From assembly GCA_003971905.1 (NCBI GenBank), contig RSEE01000022.1, positions 1-64,000 on the forward strand: a DNA stretch of 64,000 nt, read 5' to 3'. The position numbers and the translations under genes were made by a program. The DNA comes from Moniliella sp. 'wahieum'. Taxonomy: Eukaryota. The notes beneath the pieces are model-generated. The model ran no database searches. It was not told the origin of the DNA and worked only from the letters and a program-made list of their open reading frames with translations. The stretch's first letter is position 1. Each line of letters begins with the position of its first letter. Below are positions 1 to 10,652 of this stretch, in pieces.

Positions 1-592
1 ACTGGCCTACACCCCCGCTGTCCAGGATGACACCTGAACGAGCCGAGCGCTTGTGGTTGGTGTATTTGTGCGACCGCCAGATGCTTGTAGAAGTCTTAGA
101 AGTAAAAGTAGTAGGGGTTGCGCCCGAAGCGTTTGGGGCAAAAGTAAAAAGCACCAGTTATAGGTGTAGTGAAAGAAAATTGGAAACTTGGAGTAAATGC
201 GGTCCAAGGTCGTTTGGCATCAAAATTGGATGCGTTGGTATTGTGTGGTTCCGCATGCCTGGTGCCAGTGGGGTCCATTGGGCATGGGAAATGAACGGGC
301 GCTATGCGTCAACCGTCTTGATCTGTTTGGGTTCTGTGTTGTTGAAAAAGAGGAGTGGAAGATTGGGTGACCACCCCCCCCATCCTTTCCCAGGTCCCCA
401 GGTGCCCGGATGAATTGGCAATCCGGGCGTGTAGCCGTGGGTGGGCACTTGATGAGCAGCCACCCCCGCTTTTGCGATTCGCCTGCGCCGTTTTGTCGTT
501 GGAGGAATTCGTCTCGTTGACGATACCCGACACGTTTTGTTCCGTCGTGTGTTGTCCCTAAAAATCATTGCCCCATCTGTGGGGGACGAGTG

Positions 593-667
593 TGCCGATT
601 GTGGCGGTAGTATGCGATTGTGGCGGTAGTATGCCGATTGTGGCGGTAAGGTGCCGATTGTGGCGGT
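593..667. repeat. ~20-bp tandem repeat, 4 imperfect copies of TGCCGATTGTGGCGGTAGTA
   Basis: Core (C)CGATTGTGGCGGT read four times consecutively. Confidence 0.9.
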
Positions 668-1239
668 GGGTTGTTGGGCGGGAGGACGGGTGTCTTGTGG
701 GCTTGGCGGCTTAGCTTGGGCTTGTAGGCTTGGGGGTGGCTTGCTTGAAGAGCGCTCCCCTTCCGGGGGATCAGATTGTAACTCTGTTGGCCTAGGGAGC
801 CGGACGGGCAGAAGGATGAGGAGAAGGTGATGGATTGGAGCCAGAGTTGGGTCTGGGTACAGAGGCATCTATATAGGAGGCTGGATAGGCACAGGGACAG
901 TGAGTCACACAGGAGAGAGTGCAGGGCACAGGGACAGTGACACGCAGGGACGTCAGCGTGGAAGCCGATGGAACCGAGGCGAACCTGGTCTACCGACTGG
1001 GAGCCAAGGATCACAGTCAACAGGAAGAAAGGATACGGATACCGCCGAACGCGCAACGATGAGAACAAGAGGGAACTTGTGAGTGGACGGATACTATGGA
1101 CAACGTCTGCAATGGCTGTGCTGTACCCACCTCCACATCCTCTCGGCCCGGTCTCCGCCCGGCTGCAGGCTGTTCCTGCTGCGTAAAAAAAATACCGGCG
1201 ACGGCGATGATCGTGACGCGTGATGAGGTCGATCGATGA

Positions 1240-1274
1240 GGCATCATGCATCATGCATCATGCATCATGCATCA
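1240..1274. repeat. (GCATCAT)n microsatellite, ~5 copies
   Basis: gcatcatgcatcatgcatcatgcatcatgcatca read directly. Confidence 0.9.
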
Positions 1275-1524
1275 GGCAGCACGTGGAAAGCAATTAGCCC
1301 CGCAGTCACGTGCCAACCATGCAGTTAAATGAGAACGACGGCAAGAATAGCCAGAAGGAAAGGAGGGCAACAAAACCCGGCGACGAGCGAACAGAGGCAG
1401 AGTTACAAGCGAGGCGGGGGACGGGCAGCGGCCACACCATCTCCCAACCAAGTCCTCTCGCAGCCGAGAGGCGTTGCAGGAGGGAGTGTTTAAGTTAGGC
1501 CGGTTTGGCTGAGCAGACACCCAA

Positions 1525-1928
1525 ACCGCGGTGGTCTAACGGCGATGATGCATCTCTTCTACGTTCTCCATCCGCATGATGGCCCAAGCGAGGAACGCAA
1601 GCAGTGGTGACCTGTTAAGCCGCCCAAACACACCCACCTGGTCACAGGTTCGTTCCCCCACGAGCGCAAGCTTCATTTGCAAGCTGCTTAGGGGAGGGTG
1701 GAGTATAAGGGGGGTGCACACAGAAAAAGTATCACAAAACACAGGCCGCAAAGGGGGGGGCACTCCGTCCGATATCGATTGATATATGCCGAGATGCTTG
1801 AGTCCTGCCACAGGCTATGAGGCAAGCAGGTCTGGCGGCCTCCTTGACTCTGCTTTGTGCTGGCTTGCGTCCATCTCCGGAGAGAAACAGACAAGATTGA
1901 GATCCGGGTTCGACTCCCGGCCGCGGTA
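1525..1928 (+). tRNA. tRNA with anticodon TCT (nominally Arg) interrupted by a 331-nt intron (1562-1892)
   Basis: 5' exon 1525-1561: ACCGCGG TG GTCT AACGGCGA TGAT G CATCT CT TCT A. 3' exon 1893-1928: A AGATT GAGAT CCGGG TTCGACT CCCGG CCGCGGT A. Acceptor stem 7/7, T stem 5/5, anticodon stem 4/5, joined loop CTTCTAA. C32 (1556) can pair with the antepenultimate intron base G1890. T6 follows at 1932-1937. Confidence 0.8.
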
Positions 1929-1931
1929 GAC

Positions 1932-1937
1932 TTTTTT
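1932..1937 (+). terminator. Pol III oligo-T terminator
   Basis: TTTTTT 3 nt after the tRNA discriminator base. Confidence 0.75.
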
Positions 1938-3459
1938 CTTGTCCACGGAGAGATATGAGGAGAGGGCTCGGCGCATACCCATGACATGCTACCACTTTCA
2001 CTAGGCATTCGGTATAATACCCAATGCAGTATAGATAGATTCTTGTATGCGCGACCAAGTTGGCATGGCGACGGGATATATTGCCGCAACTTCAAAAGCC
2101 TACCAACACAAACAATGGTATGCGTAAGCCGTGCACAGAGGCTCCACCGCAAATGGCTGAAGCCGGTGGTGTCCCTTCCTTGGTGTGTCCCCGTCCTCTG
2201 TACCCAACGTCATATCGATCTGGATTCTGGAAAGCTATGTGACGATAGGAAACGCACAGGGTACGGGGCAGCACGATAACTAGACTTGCTCATCAGGAGC
2301 CCCCAGCAAGCGCTTATGGGTAAGGCACCGAGGCGGGCAGATGTAATTGAATGCGCCGCTATGTTCAACCTCATACGATCTTCTGGCTCGCATGAGATTC
2401 TTGAGCAGCTCCTTCCGACGCTCCTCCGGCAGTGGCCAGCAACGCGGCCTTATCCTCTCAGAATTTCCGGGCGTGTGGAGGCGCTCAAGATGCAAAAACG
2501 TCATATGACCGAAGACGTCTCGGTCGGCCTGGTACCCGCGCGGGACGCAAAAACGAGTACCGTGGACATCCGTACCCCGCTTCGCTCAAGGGATAGACTT
2601 GGTGAGCAGGCCAAATGATGGACGTTGCTATTCTAGGATTCACATCCCTCCGAAGATCCCTCCGAGTCCGACTGAATTCCTCCCGCAAGGGAAGGCATCA
2701 GTCTCGGCCCAGACATCTTCCAGGGTGCCTTCGAACTGCATGAAGCGGTGCAGGTGGCGCATCTTGGTCTGGGAACCGTAGTAGTACAATAGCAACCCCC
2801 TCTGGGTACTACTTTCCGCGCCAACGTGGGCATCTCTTGCCCCTGTCCCTGCAATTGGTGCGAGACCCGTATCCTGCGGCTGTCCCCGTTCCCTATACAG
2901 GTACCCAGAACCTGGGCACCCTCTCCGTGAATCCAGCCTCAGTACCAGTGGCGGGCCCTCTGGAGGATGCACTTTCATGGATTGAAGGAACAACCAGAAG
3001 TGCCGTCAGGCTTCCTTCTCCGTCTCAGCCAGCGAGTGTAAGTGGCGAGGCCACCCCATTTCCAACCACAAGGAGAAGATCAGCGCACAGCAAGCAACTG
3101 GGGAACTCAGGCAGGTAGGCGTCTCAAGGGGTCCCGCGAGCGGAGTTCTTCCATGGCGATCGGATGAGGACAGAGGCCGGTCCCTGTGATTCCCGGACAG
3201 GCACGGGTGCGACGTGCGGCTGCAGTGGTGGTGGTCGCGGGGGTCGGGCCAGGAGTGCGCGAGTGCGCTTGAGTAATTGGCGATGAGGGAACGAGTGATC
3301 GATCGATGATCCCTGGGAGTGGACGAGGGCCCCCACAGAAGAAATTGAATGTTTCAGCGTGTGTGCCCTGCTGTCTTTAATTTCTTCTTTTTTTCCGCCA
3401 CCCATTTAAATTTTCTTCCGCGTCGGGCACGCCTGCGTGCCTGGTGCCCGCTGGGCCTG

Positions 3460-6400
3460 GGAAGCACCGCCATCTTCGCCTCTTGGCCTGCACCTGGACA
3501 TGCGAGCCCGCTAACCGCTGCGTCGCACCCGCTCCGCTTCCCGCGATGGGGTTCTGGTTGGGGTGGACACGTGGGGCCGCAAGCCCACTTTGTCCACCTC
3601 GTCCGTCTGCCGCACCCCCCCGAGGAACGGGCAATGGGAGTCGGACCGGGAGAGGCGCACCTACCCGAGGAGGGGCAGTGGGAGTCGGACAGGCAGAGAG
3701 GCTCCGCGTCGACTTCGTTCCCTCGGCCCAGGTTCATCCGTGGGGCTCGGACCCACGAACCGCACGATGCTGACGGTCCGACGATGTCGTTTGGAGAGGG
3801 TATGGAGCTTGGGCAGTCGCGGAAAGTGGTGGATGGGGGCCTGCCCGGGGACCGGAACCGGCGACAGACGAGGGACAGCGACAAGATGCAAGCTGTGGTG
3901 AAGAAGATGCATTCCGAGTGGGCCGAGCAGAACCGGGAGTTCCAAGCGTCGTGGGACATGATCGCCGAGAAGATTGATGTGGACGTGGGTCCGGACCTGC
4001 ATGCGACGCAGACGACGTTGAAGGAGAACGTGTTTCGGTCAGGAGACTTTGTCCAAGTACGAGAGTAGGTCCAGTTTCTTCGTGTTTTGGGAGGGCGATG
4101 TGGGTGTGCTGCCTTGGTGGTGCGCATCAGAGAGATCAGAGAGGCTGACCGGTACCTGCAGACGCACGGGCACGTTTATGATTGGGGCGGTGGTACCCCC
4201 GCCTCCCGACGCAGCGAGTTCGATGGACGCGATTTACGTGTTGGGTGTGTCGGGAACGATCCATATGCAAAAAGGGAAGACGTATTGATGCATTTCCCCG
4301 CGATGCTGGACCCCCTTACATGTGCCCGAGCCAGGCCGCTGAGCTACTACATGTACGCGGGGCGAGGCGATGTTTGAGTCGTCTGGAATGGGTGCGGGGA
4401 CGATGGTTCAAGAAGGGACGGAGCCCATGGACCCGGCCCGCTTCCGTGCGCGTGCGGGACTCATCACGGTTCTCCGCATTTTCCGTCAACGCTGCACCAA
4501 GGCACGCTGTTCTGCACGAAGCCTTTCTTCAGCACTATGGCGCACGCCAAGTCTTGGCCAAGGACAACCAAGATGTGAAGGAAACCATGGCGGAGCGCAA
4601 GTGACGGTACATGAAGCGGCAAGGAAGTTGCTCTGCCATCTCGGCCATCCTCCTGACGCGGAAGTATCGCGTTCGCTTTATGTCGCTACCCACCCAGCTC
4701 TTCTTCCACGAACCCGAGACGTATGTGATTGACGATTACTCCTTCCGCACCTCCCAAACCTACACTGCTCGCAGCTGGCAGGAAACTGCGGTGATTCAGC
4801 AAGTGATGGAGTGGACCCGCGGGATCGAGGGAGAGACAACGAGTGCAGTCGGGTCCCAATCATCCAAGCGTTTGTCGACCGCGTCAAGCAGGTCCAAACT
4901 TGGCAAGCCGAACAAGGACGAGATTGATGCAGCGACGGCGGCACTCAAGTTGGGCGAGATGAAGCGATTCGAATTCCTGGGGTAACCTGGACGCCAGAAG
5001 ACCAAATCATCTTCCGCTTCCTCAAGTTGGTGCTCTTGCAGGGTCGTTATTTGCAACGTGACTTTATCACTGGGCCCGCCATGGTCATTCTCAAGCGAAT
5101 CACGGGCCCATGCCCATGTCGCCGTTACCGCTGGCTACCCCAGCCCAGCCGCGCGCGACAACCCACGATTATCCCGATGTGTCCAAGGCGCTGACGCATG
5201 CCAACCCGACATTTGTCAGTATGTTGGTCCGCCAGCTGTTGGAGCAGATGGGGGTGCTGGCGCCGTGGCAATCCCTTCTTTCGGAACTGCACACGTTCCC
5301 TTCTGCAGAGGAGGTGGTGAAAGAGGCGCGTGCCGAGCTAAACCAAGGCCGCGACGCGAGCAAGCCGGCGCAACAGTTCTTTGAGCCGCTGGACGTGGGC
5401 GTCCCGCGCACACGTTTCTCCCACCCAGTCTACGTGATTGACGATGCGGATGCGCGCGAGTTGGACGACGGAGTTTCGCTGGTGCCGATCGAAGGGTCGG
5501 ATGACATTTGGCTTCACGTTCACATTGCCGATCCCACAGCGTACTTTTCATCGACCAGTGCACTTGCCAAGGCGGCCTCCCATCAATTCTCCACGCTCTA
5601 CTACCCCGAAAAAACCTATCCCCTTTTGCCCGACGAACTGTTCAAGAGTCCGCCGGTCTGGCGGCGAGTGGAACGGAAGCCCAGCGTGCAATGACCTTCT
5701 CGGTGCGCCTCACGCCCGAGGGCAAGTCAGTGGCGTACGATGTGTCGTTGTCGTTGTTGGAAGATGTACGGACGCGGAGGTATGATGAGGTGGATGCCTT
5801 TCTGTCGCTTCCCTTGGCGGCAGTGGAGCCATCCCAGAAGGCAGAGTGGCAAGCGCTCACCCGATTGCGAACGTACCTGTTTGAGGTACAAAAGCGGCGA
5901 TGGAAGAACCATGGACAGTTGCCTCCACCTTTTTCAGGCCCGGTGGTGAATACCCCTTCGTTGCTCGAGCCACCACCTGCTTTAGCGCCTGCTGTCTTCC
6001 TCGGTGGGCCCGATGTGCAGATGAAGGAGCAAGATACGGTGGCACTAAGCAAGGGAGGAGGCACTGGGGCTCCTTGGAGCCCGAGACAGCGGACGAGTAC
6101 AGTATCCGGGCCGTGGTGGCAGAGGCTATGATTCTTGCCGGACGAGTTGCCGGAAAGTGGGCGGTGGATAAGAAGGTGGCGCTGCCCTACATTGGGCTGG
6201 AGCCGCCCGAGAAGAAACGGTTGGAGAAGCGATGAAAGCGTATCCGTCTCGGTTTGGAGCGATGACACGACGTGTGTTCCTCAAGCTCAACTCGCTCTCC
6301 ACCTACACTGCCCCGCACCCTGTCGTGCACGTTGCGATGGGCTTCGCGCCGCTCCCGTACTATCCCCCTGGGGAGCCCGAGGCTCTGGATGGATCGGGTA

Positions 6401-7009
6401 TGTGCGGGTGACCAGTCCCATGCGACGGTATGGGACATGGTAGCCCATTGGCAGATCCGCCACGTCCTGGAAGGCAGGCAGGGCCCGACACCTTGGTCGT
6501 ACGCTTCCATGACAGAGCTTTGCCCGTTGCTCGACCAGGGCGCACGGCAAATCAAGACGCTTTCCAAAGCCGGACTGTCGTTCTGGAGTGCTTACCTTTT
6601 GCAGGGCGTGCTCAAGCGGCAGGCAGCCAATCCGCTCTTGGATCCCACCAGCGACCGGGCCAAGGCCGAAGAGCAACTGCTAGCCCCGCGGCCAGCTTGG
6701 GTCATCAGCGAATACGTCCGTATCGATCCCGACATTTTCGCCAATACCCGTGTGAATGTCCGTGGGCTGGGGGTGGCGGCCGAGACACGGTTGCCGATTG
6801 ACTTGATGAGCACTGGAGACGATGCACCCGGCAGGCAACTTAGTCAGGACCTCATGGCCGGACGGCACAGCATTACTGAAATTGTGCAGCGCTACCCTCA
6901 CATACCCAACATTGGGCTTGGTTTTGCCGTCAACGTCCAGCTTGTCGCGGCTTTCTGCATTGGACCGACCAACACCTTTTTCGCCGATCTGTTGCCGGTG
7001 GAAAAGTAG
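3460..7009 (+). CDS. RNase II/RNB-family 3'-5' exoribonuclease, probably mitochondrial Dss1/CYT-4-like (frameshifted; start approximate)
   Basis: RNB motifs spread over consecutive ORFs: VYVIDDADARELDDGVS, VHIADPT, TLYYPEKTYPLLP, VVAEAMILAG, YVRVTSPMRRY. The mitochondrial assignment is an inference from architecture. Confidence 0.85.
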
Positions 7010-7039
7010 AAGCAAAAATTCACTCCTTGTTGGCTGGTA

Positions 7040-8330
7040 CTATGGGGTTGCTATCGTAGCTATGGACATAGAGGTCCGCAGAAGCGTGCTAATGAAGGGC
7101 GGTGGAAGTGGTAAAATACAAGATGAAGGGGGGGCTGGATACCGAACAGAAGAGCAAGACGAAGCACAAGACGAGTGTGGCGAAGATCCCGAGCACGGGG
7201 TCGCGTGTCGTTTGGACGCGTAGAAAGAAAACAGGAAGACTTTAGTAGGAGAAAGTGTGAAGGGGTTAACGAATAGAGATGGTGTGGTCGATTGCAAGAT
7301 GTTACCACGCTGGAGCGTCCCATCGGTACGAAGCTGGATGAACATGGCCCATCCTCTTCGAGGGCTCGTAGTGAGCATAAGGATGCGGGGGGCTGGCGTA
7401 GCCCACCGCGTTCCAACCCGTGTACTCACGGTCGGGAACGGCATAAATGGGCGGTTGGTTTGCCCCCACCACCGCCCGAGCGTGGAAGGGTGCTTCATGG
7501 TAGCCTCCTCCGGGGGAGCAGTAATTGGGAGCATAGTGAAATGGCGCAGGGGGATGCGATGAAGACAGAGGAGGCTGCGGCAATTGCGACGGATACGGGG
7601 AGGGAGCGTGTGTGTGCGTGTATGGGCGGGAGTGCCACGGAGGAGGGTACGGCTGCAAGGGCCCAGGGTATGCATCACGATCTAGGGCATGGGCGGCATC
7701 GAACGATCGACCACCGTTGTCCCACTGTTCCCGTTGACTCCGGATCGGGGGCAGGGGGTCCAGGGCAGGCAGCTCAGGGAGGGCAGAGGTGGGCGTCGGA
7801 AGGGCTGGCTCGACGGGCGATTCGGAAACATCGGCCATGAGCGGCGGAGGGGGCTGGCACTGGGACTGGCACTGGGGTCGCCACAGGCATTGACACCGCT
7901 AGGTGGTGCGAGAGGCACAGAAGAACGGGAAAGGGGCGCGAAAGACGGATGAGGACTGAGTTCGGCAGTAGCAATCGCCGCCAAGAGGTCCACCGAGCCA
8001 TGGAGGGAGCGACGGCTGGCGGGCCGTGGGGCGAGCGATGGACGGGAGGGAGCGACGGTGAGATCGCTGCGCCGGGGGTGCTGAGCCGACGGTCCCGGGT
8101 AACCACACTTGCGCGGCGGCGGGGACGGTCTTGGGCTTGGGCTTGCACTTGGGCTTGGGAGCGCGGTCGGCGTTGGTGGTGCTGTTGAGGGAGCGAGGCA
8201 AAGTAGTAGCCGGCGTGGGTGGTGATGGGCAGGCGGGAGCAGGTGTCGCGCACACAGGAGGTGCGGCGGAGGGCGTGCAGGAGCGGGCGCGGGCGCAAGC
8301 GGGGGGGGGCAAGGGGAGGAGGAGGCCATG
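7040..8330 (-). CDS. Pro/Tyr/His-rich hypothetical protein (frameshifted)
   Basis: Overlapping minus-strand ORFs 7682-8569, 7302-7838 and 7040-7678 with low-complexity, protein-like text (e.g. VDLLAAIATAEL). No domain recognised. Confidence 0.45.
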
Positions 8331-9793
8331 GCGGCGGGCAGGCGGCAGGAGAGACGGATGGGGTGGGGGCGAGGGTGCGGGCGAGAGCGAGGCGGTGGTG
8401 AGGGTGGAGCAGGCAAGGAGGAAGAACGGCGTCGGGAGTACTTGGCCTGCGGATGCAGTACAGCCGTCGACGATCCGGGGCGAACGCAGCGGCGGAGAGT
8501 GCGTGGGGCCAGTGTCGCGTGCTGTACTATCGTGCTCGGCCAGGGCAGGCCCACGCCAGCCCGCAGCACGCATGCGGCGATCCCTGTGGGGAGCCGCTAG
8601 CGCACTGCACCGCACTCCCGCACCACAGCCGCCAGCAGCGCTGAGGCTCACGCACCCCGTCACCGCTCGGCCTCGGTTCAGTGCGTCAGTATGCTCAGCG
8701 CTGAGGCTCAGCGCTGCTGCGTGCGGCTGAGGTCCGCACCAGTCACCCACCCGTTCAGGCGCAGGGCTCAGACACTCAGGGACATCCAGCGTGAGCACGG
8801 CGCACGCACAGCGCACAGCAGCAGTGTCTGGCCCGCTCGTCGGGCTGCAAGCTGCCCCAGGCGGCACCTGCTGCACCGCATGACACTGCATGACGCGGAC
8901 GCCGCCCTGCTCCGGCCACTCCACTCGCTCGCAGGGTGCCTGGAGCTCAAAAGTCACCGATGCCCGCCAGCTCATCGTTCGTCGGTCACCGGCACGCGCG
9001 CCGTGGAGCCAGTGTTCGGGCGCCACGCCTTCGGCCCGACGGCTGCCCCCCCGCCGGCGGGGTATTAAGCCGGTTAGACTGCATCGACCGGCACACTGCG
9101 GCCCCATGCGGGAGGGTGGCACGGGGCCAGGCAACGTGGCGTTCCCGCTTTGCGTTAAATGCATGCAAGGTTACACTATGGCGCACAGCAGATGAGAGGG
9201 TGCAGTGCGGCGAGGGCACAGCTCTTGTTGGTATATATCCTGCGTGGTTGCTTGGTACACGCTGTCTTCGGGACCCCTAAATATTCTCAAGCGAAGCGCA
9301 AGGCCCCTCCAAACGGGAAAGAGGATATAATGAGTGACCTACCCATACATCCGTGACGTGTATACACCAGAATAGTATGCTCCCTCACTCCAAGACCCTG
9401 CACTGTAACTGCCGGTGGCCTTCAGCATGGGGTTGTTTCCTTCTGTTTGCGATTTCGACGGATAGCCGACCTGCACAGATCCCTTCCGTACGAGCTACCC
9501 TTCTAGCTGCCCCACCGCTTCCTCTTCAACAAAGACAACGGATGAAACATCCGAAGAATTCGTCCCACGGTGACGTCGCCTCTGTCGTGTAATAATATGC
9601 GCATGACCCATCGTCACTCTGTGACAGCATAACCTGCACTTCCCGGTAAGCTCTTATATCACACCCATCCATTACGACTTCATTCCGTTAGGTGCGCCCC
9701 GGCGACACTTCCATGCTCACCACTTGATCCGTTGTTGGAATCGCCACCTGGGTCTACGCAAAGCAGTCAGCAGTTGATCTCTCGGTTCATGGC

Positions 9794-10652
9794 TGTTACG
9801 GGGCGCTCCGGTTATCTCCGGACGCTGAGCCCCGCATGTCGTAGACATCTCAGCCCAACATGCGTCAGTCCGGTTAGACTAGCGAGAGAGAGCCAGTCGA
9901 CACCTTATCCTTGCTGCGGATATCCTCCGCGGCCCGCCATGGCCGCATGGTCTTATCGGTACGATGCTTTGTGCCTATTGCGGCCAGTCTTGTCAGAACC
10001 CTTCCTGCTGCGCCCGACTGCGCAGCGTCAGCGCTTTGGGAAGCAAGGGCTGTGCATTAGTCTTCTTTACCTTTCTGGGAAGTGCCCCGCATTCTGTCTA
10101 TACCGTCATGAGGCACTTGAGGCCTGGTTCCTTCTGCTGTATATAAGCAGCCATGTCTAAGACTTGCTAGCTGTGGTCCTTGTCGACCATCCTGTCTATT
10201 ACCGTTGGTCTCCCCGACTACCAGTTCCTCTCTCGCCCTTCCACCTTCTACCACCCTTACGCTTACGAATTTACGACTTACGTCGAGTGCACTGCAAGCC
10301 GCGGTTACACACATCAGTAGCGCTTGCTCTTCTTTAGGACTCTGTCTGTTCCCGCCGGCTACAGCGTACCGAGTGTGGTAACGCGGCGAGGAACAGAGTA
10401 ATTCCGGAGCTCCTGGACCCCTTCAGCTGGTCTAACGACCTACGTACACGGCTCCTACCTCGGAGGGTCTGGACTGCGGCCTTTGCACGCAGGCAGCCAC
10501 CCAAACTAGAGGGTCTCTCCTAGCCTCTACACCTGCTCGGTTCAACCAGGATCTGGAGCAGGACCTAACGTACGAGCCACCGATTGATCTGTCCAAGGGT
10601 TTACACCCCTAAACTACAGGGGGGGTCCCACCTCGGGACCCCCCCCATGACA
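9794..10652 (+). mobile_element. Solo LTR (859 bp) of an LTR retrotransposon
   Basis: Begins TGTTACG and ends CATGACA (imperfect terminal inverted repeat). Identical ATGGC flanks at 9789-9793 and 10653-10657. Internal TATATAAG at ~10140 followed by a pyrimidine-rich tract. Confidence 0.8.

Noticed and set aside
593..667. CRISPR array
   Set aside because: Contiguous repeats without spacers, in a eukaryotic context with no cas genes.
1551..1562. Amber-suppressor (CTA) reading of the tRNA
   Set aside because: It needs ATCTC/GAGAT as the anticodon stem, leaving no variable loop and misplacing the D arm. The TCT register gives canonical spacing.
1800..1890. Hammerhead ribozyme (GTC...CTATGA...GAAAC) or SRP helix 8 (CAGG...AGCAGG)
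   Set aside because: The hammerhead core lacks a G and stem III does not pair. The SRP-like segment lacks the 3-bp plus GNRA cap, and no 5' UGUNR motif is present.
1562..1892. Group I intron, RNase P/MRP RNA or telomerase RNA as the identity of the tRNA insert
   Set aside because: No recognisable P/Q/R/S core, no P4 (CR-I/CR-V) motifs and no CTAACCC-type template. The splice geometry fits endonucleolytic tRNA splicing.
1..3120. Protein-coding genes among the short ORFs flanking the tRNA
   Set aside because: No recognisable motifs or consistent exon chain, so no call can be supported.
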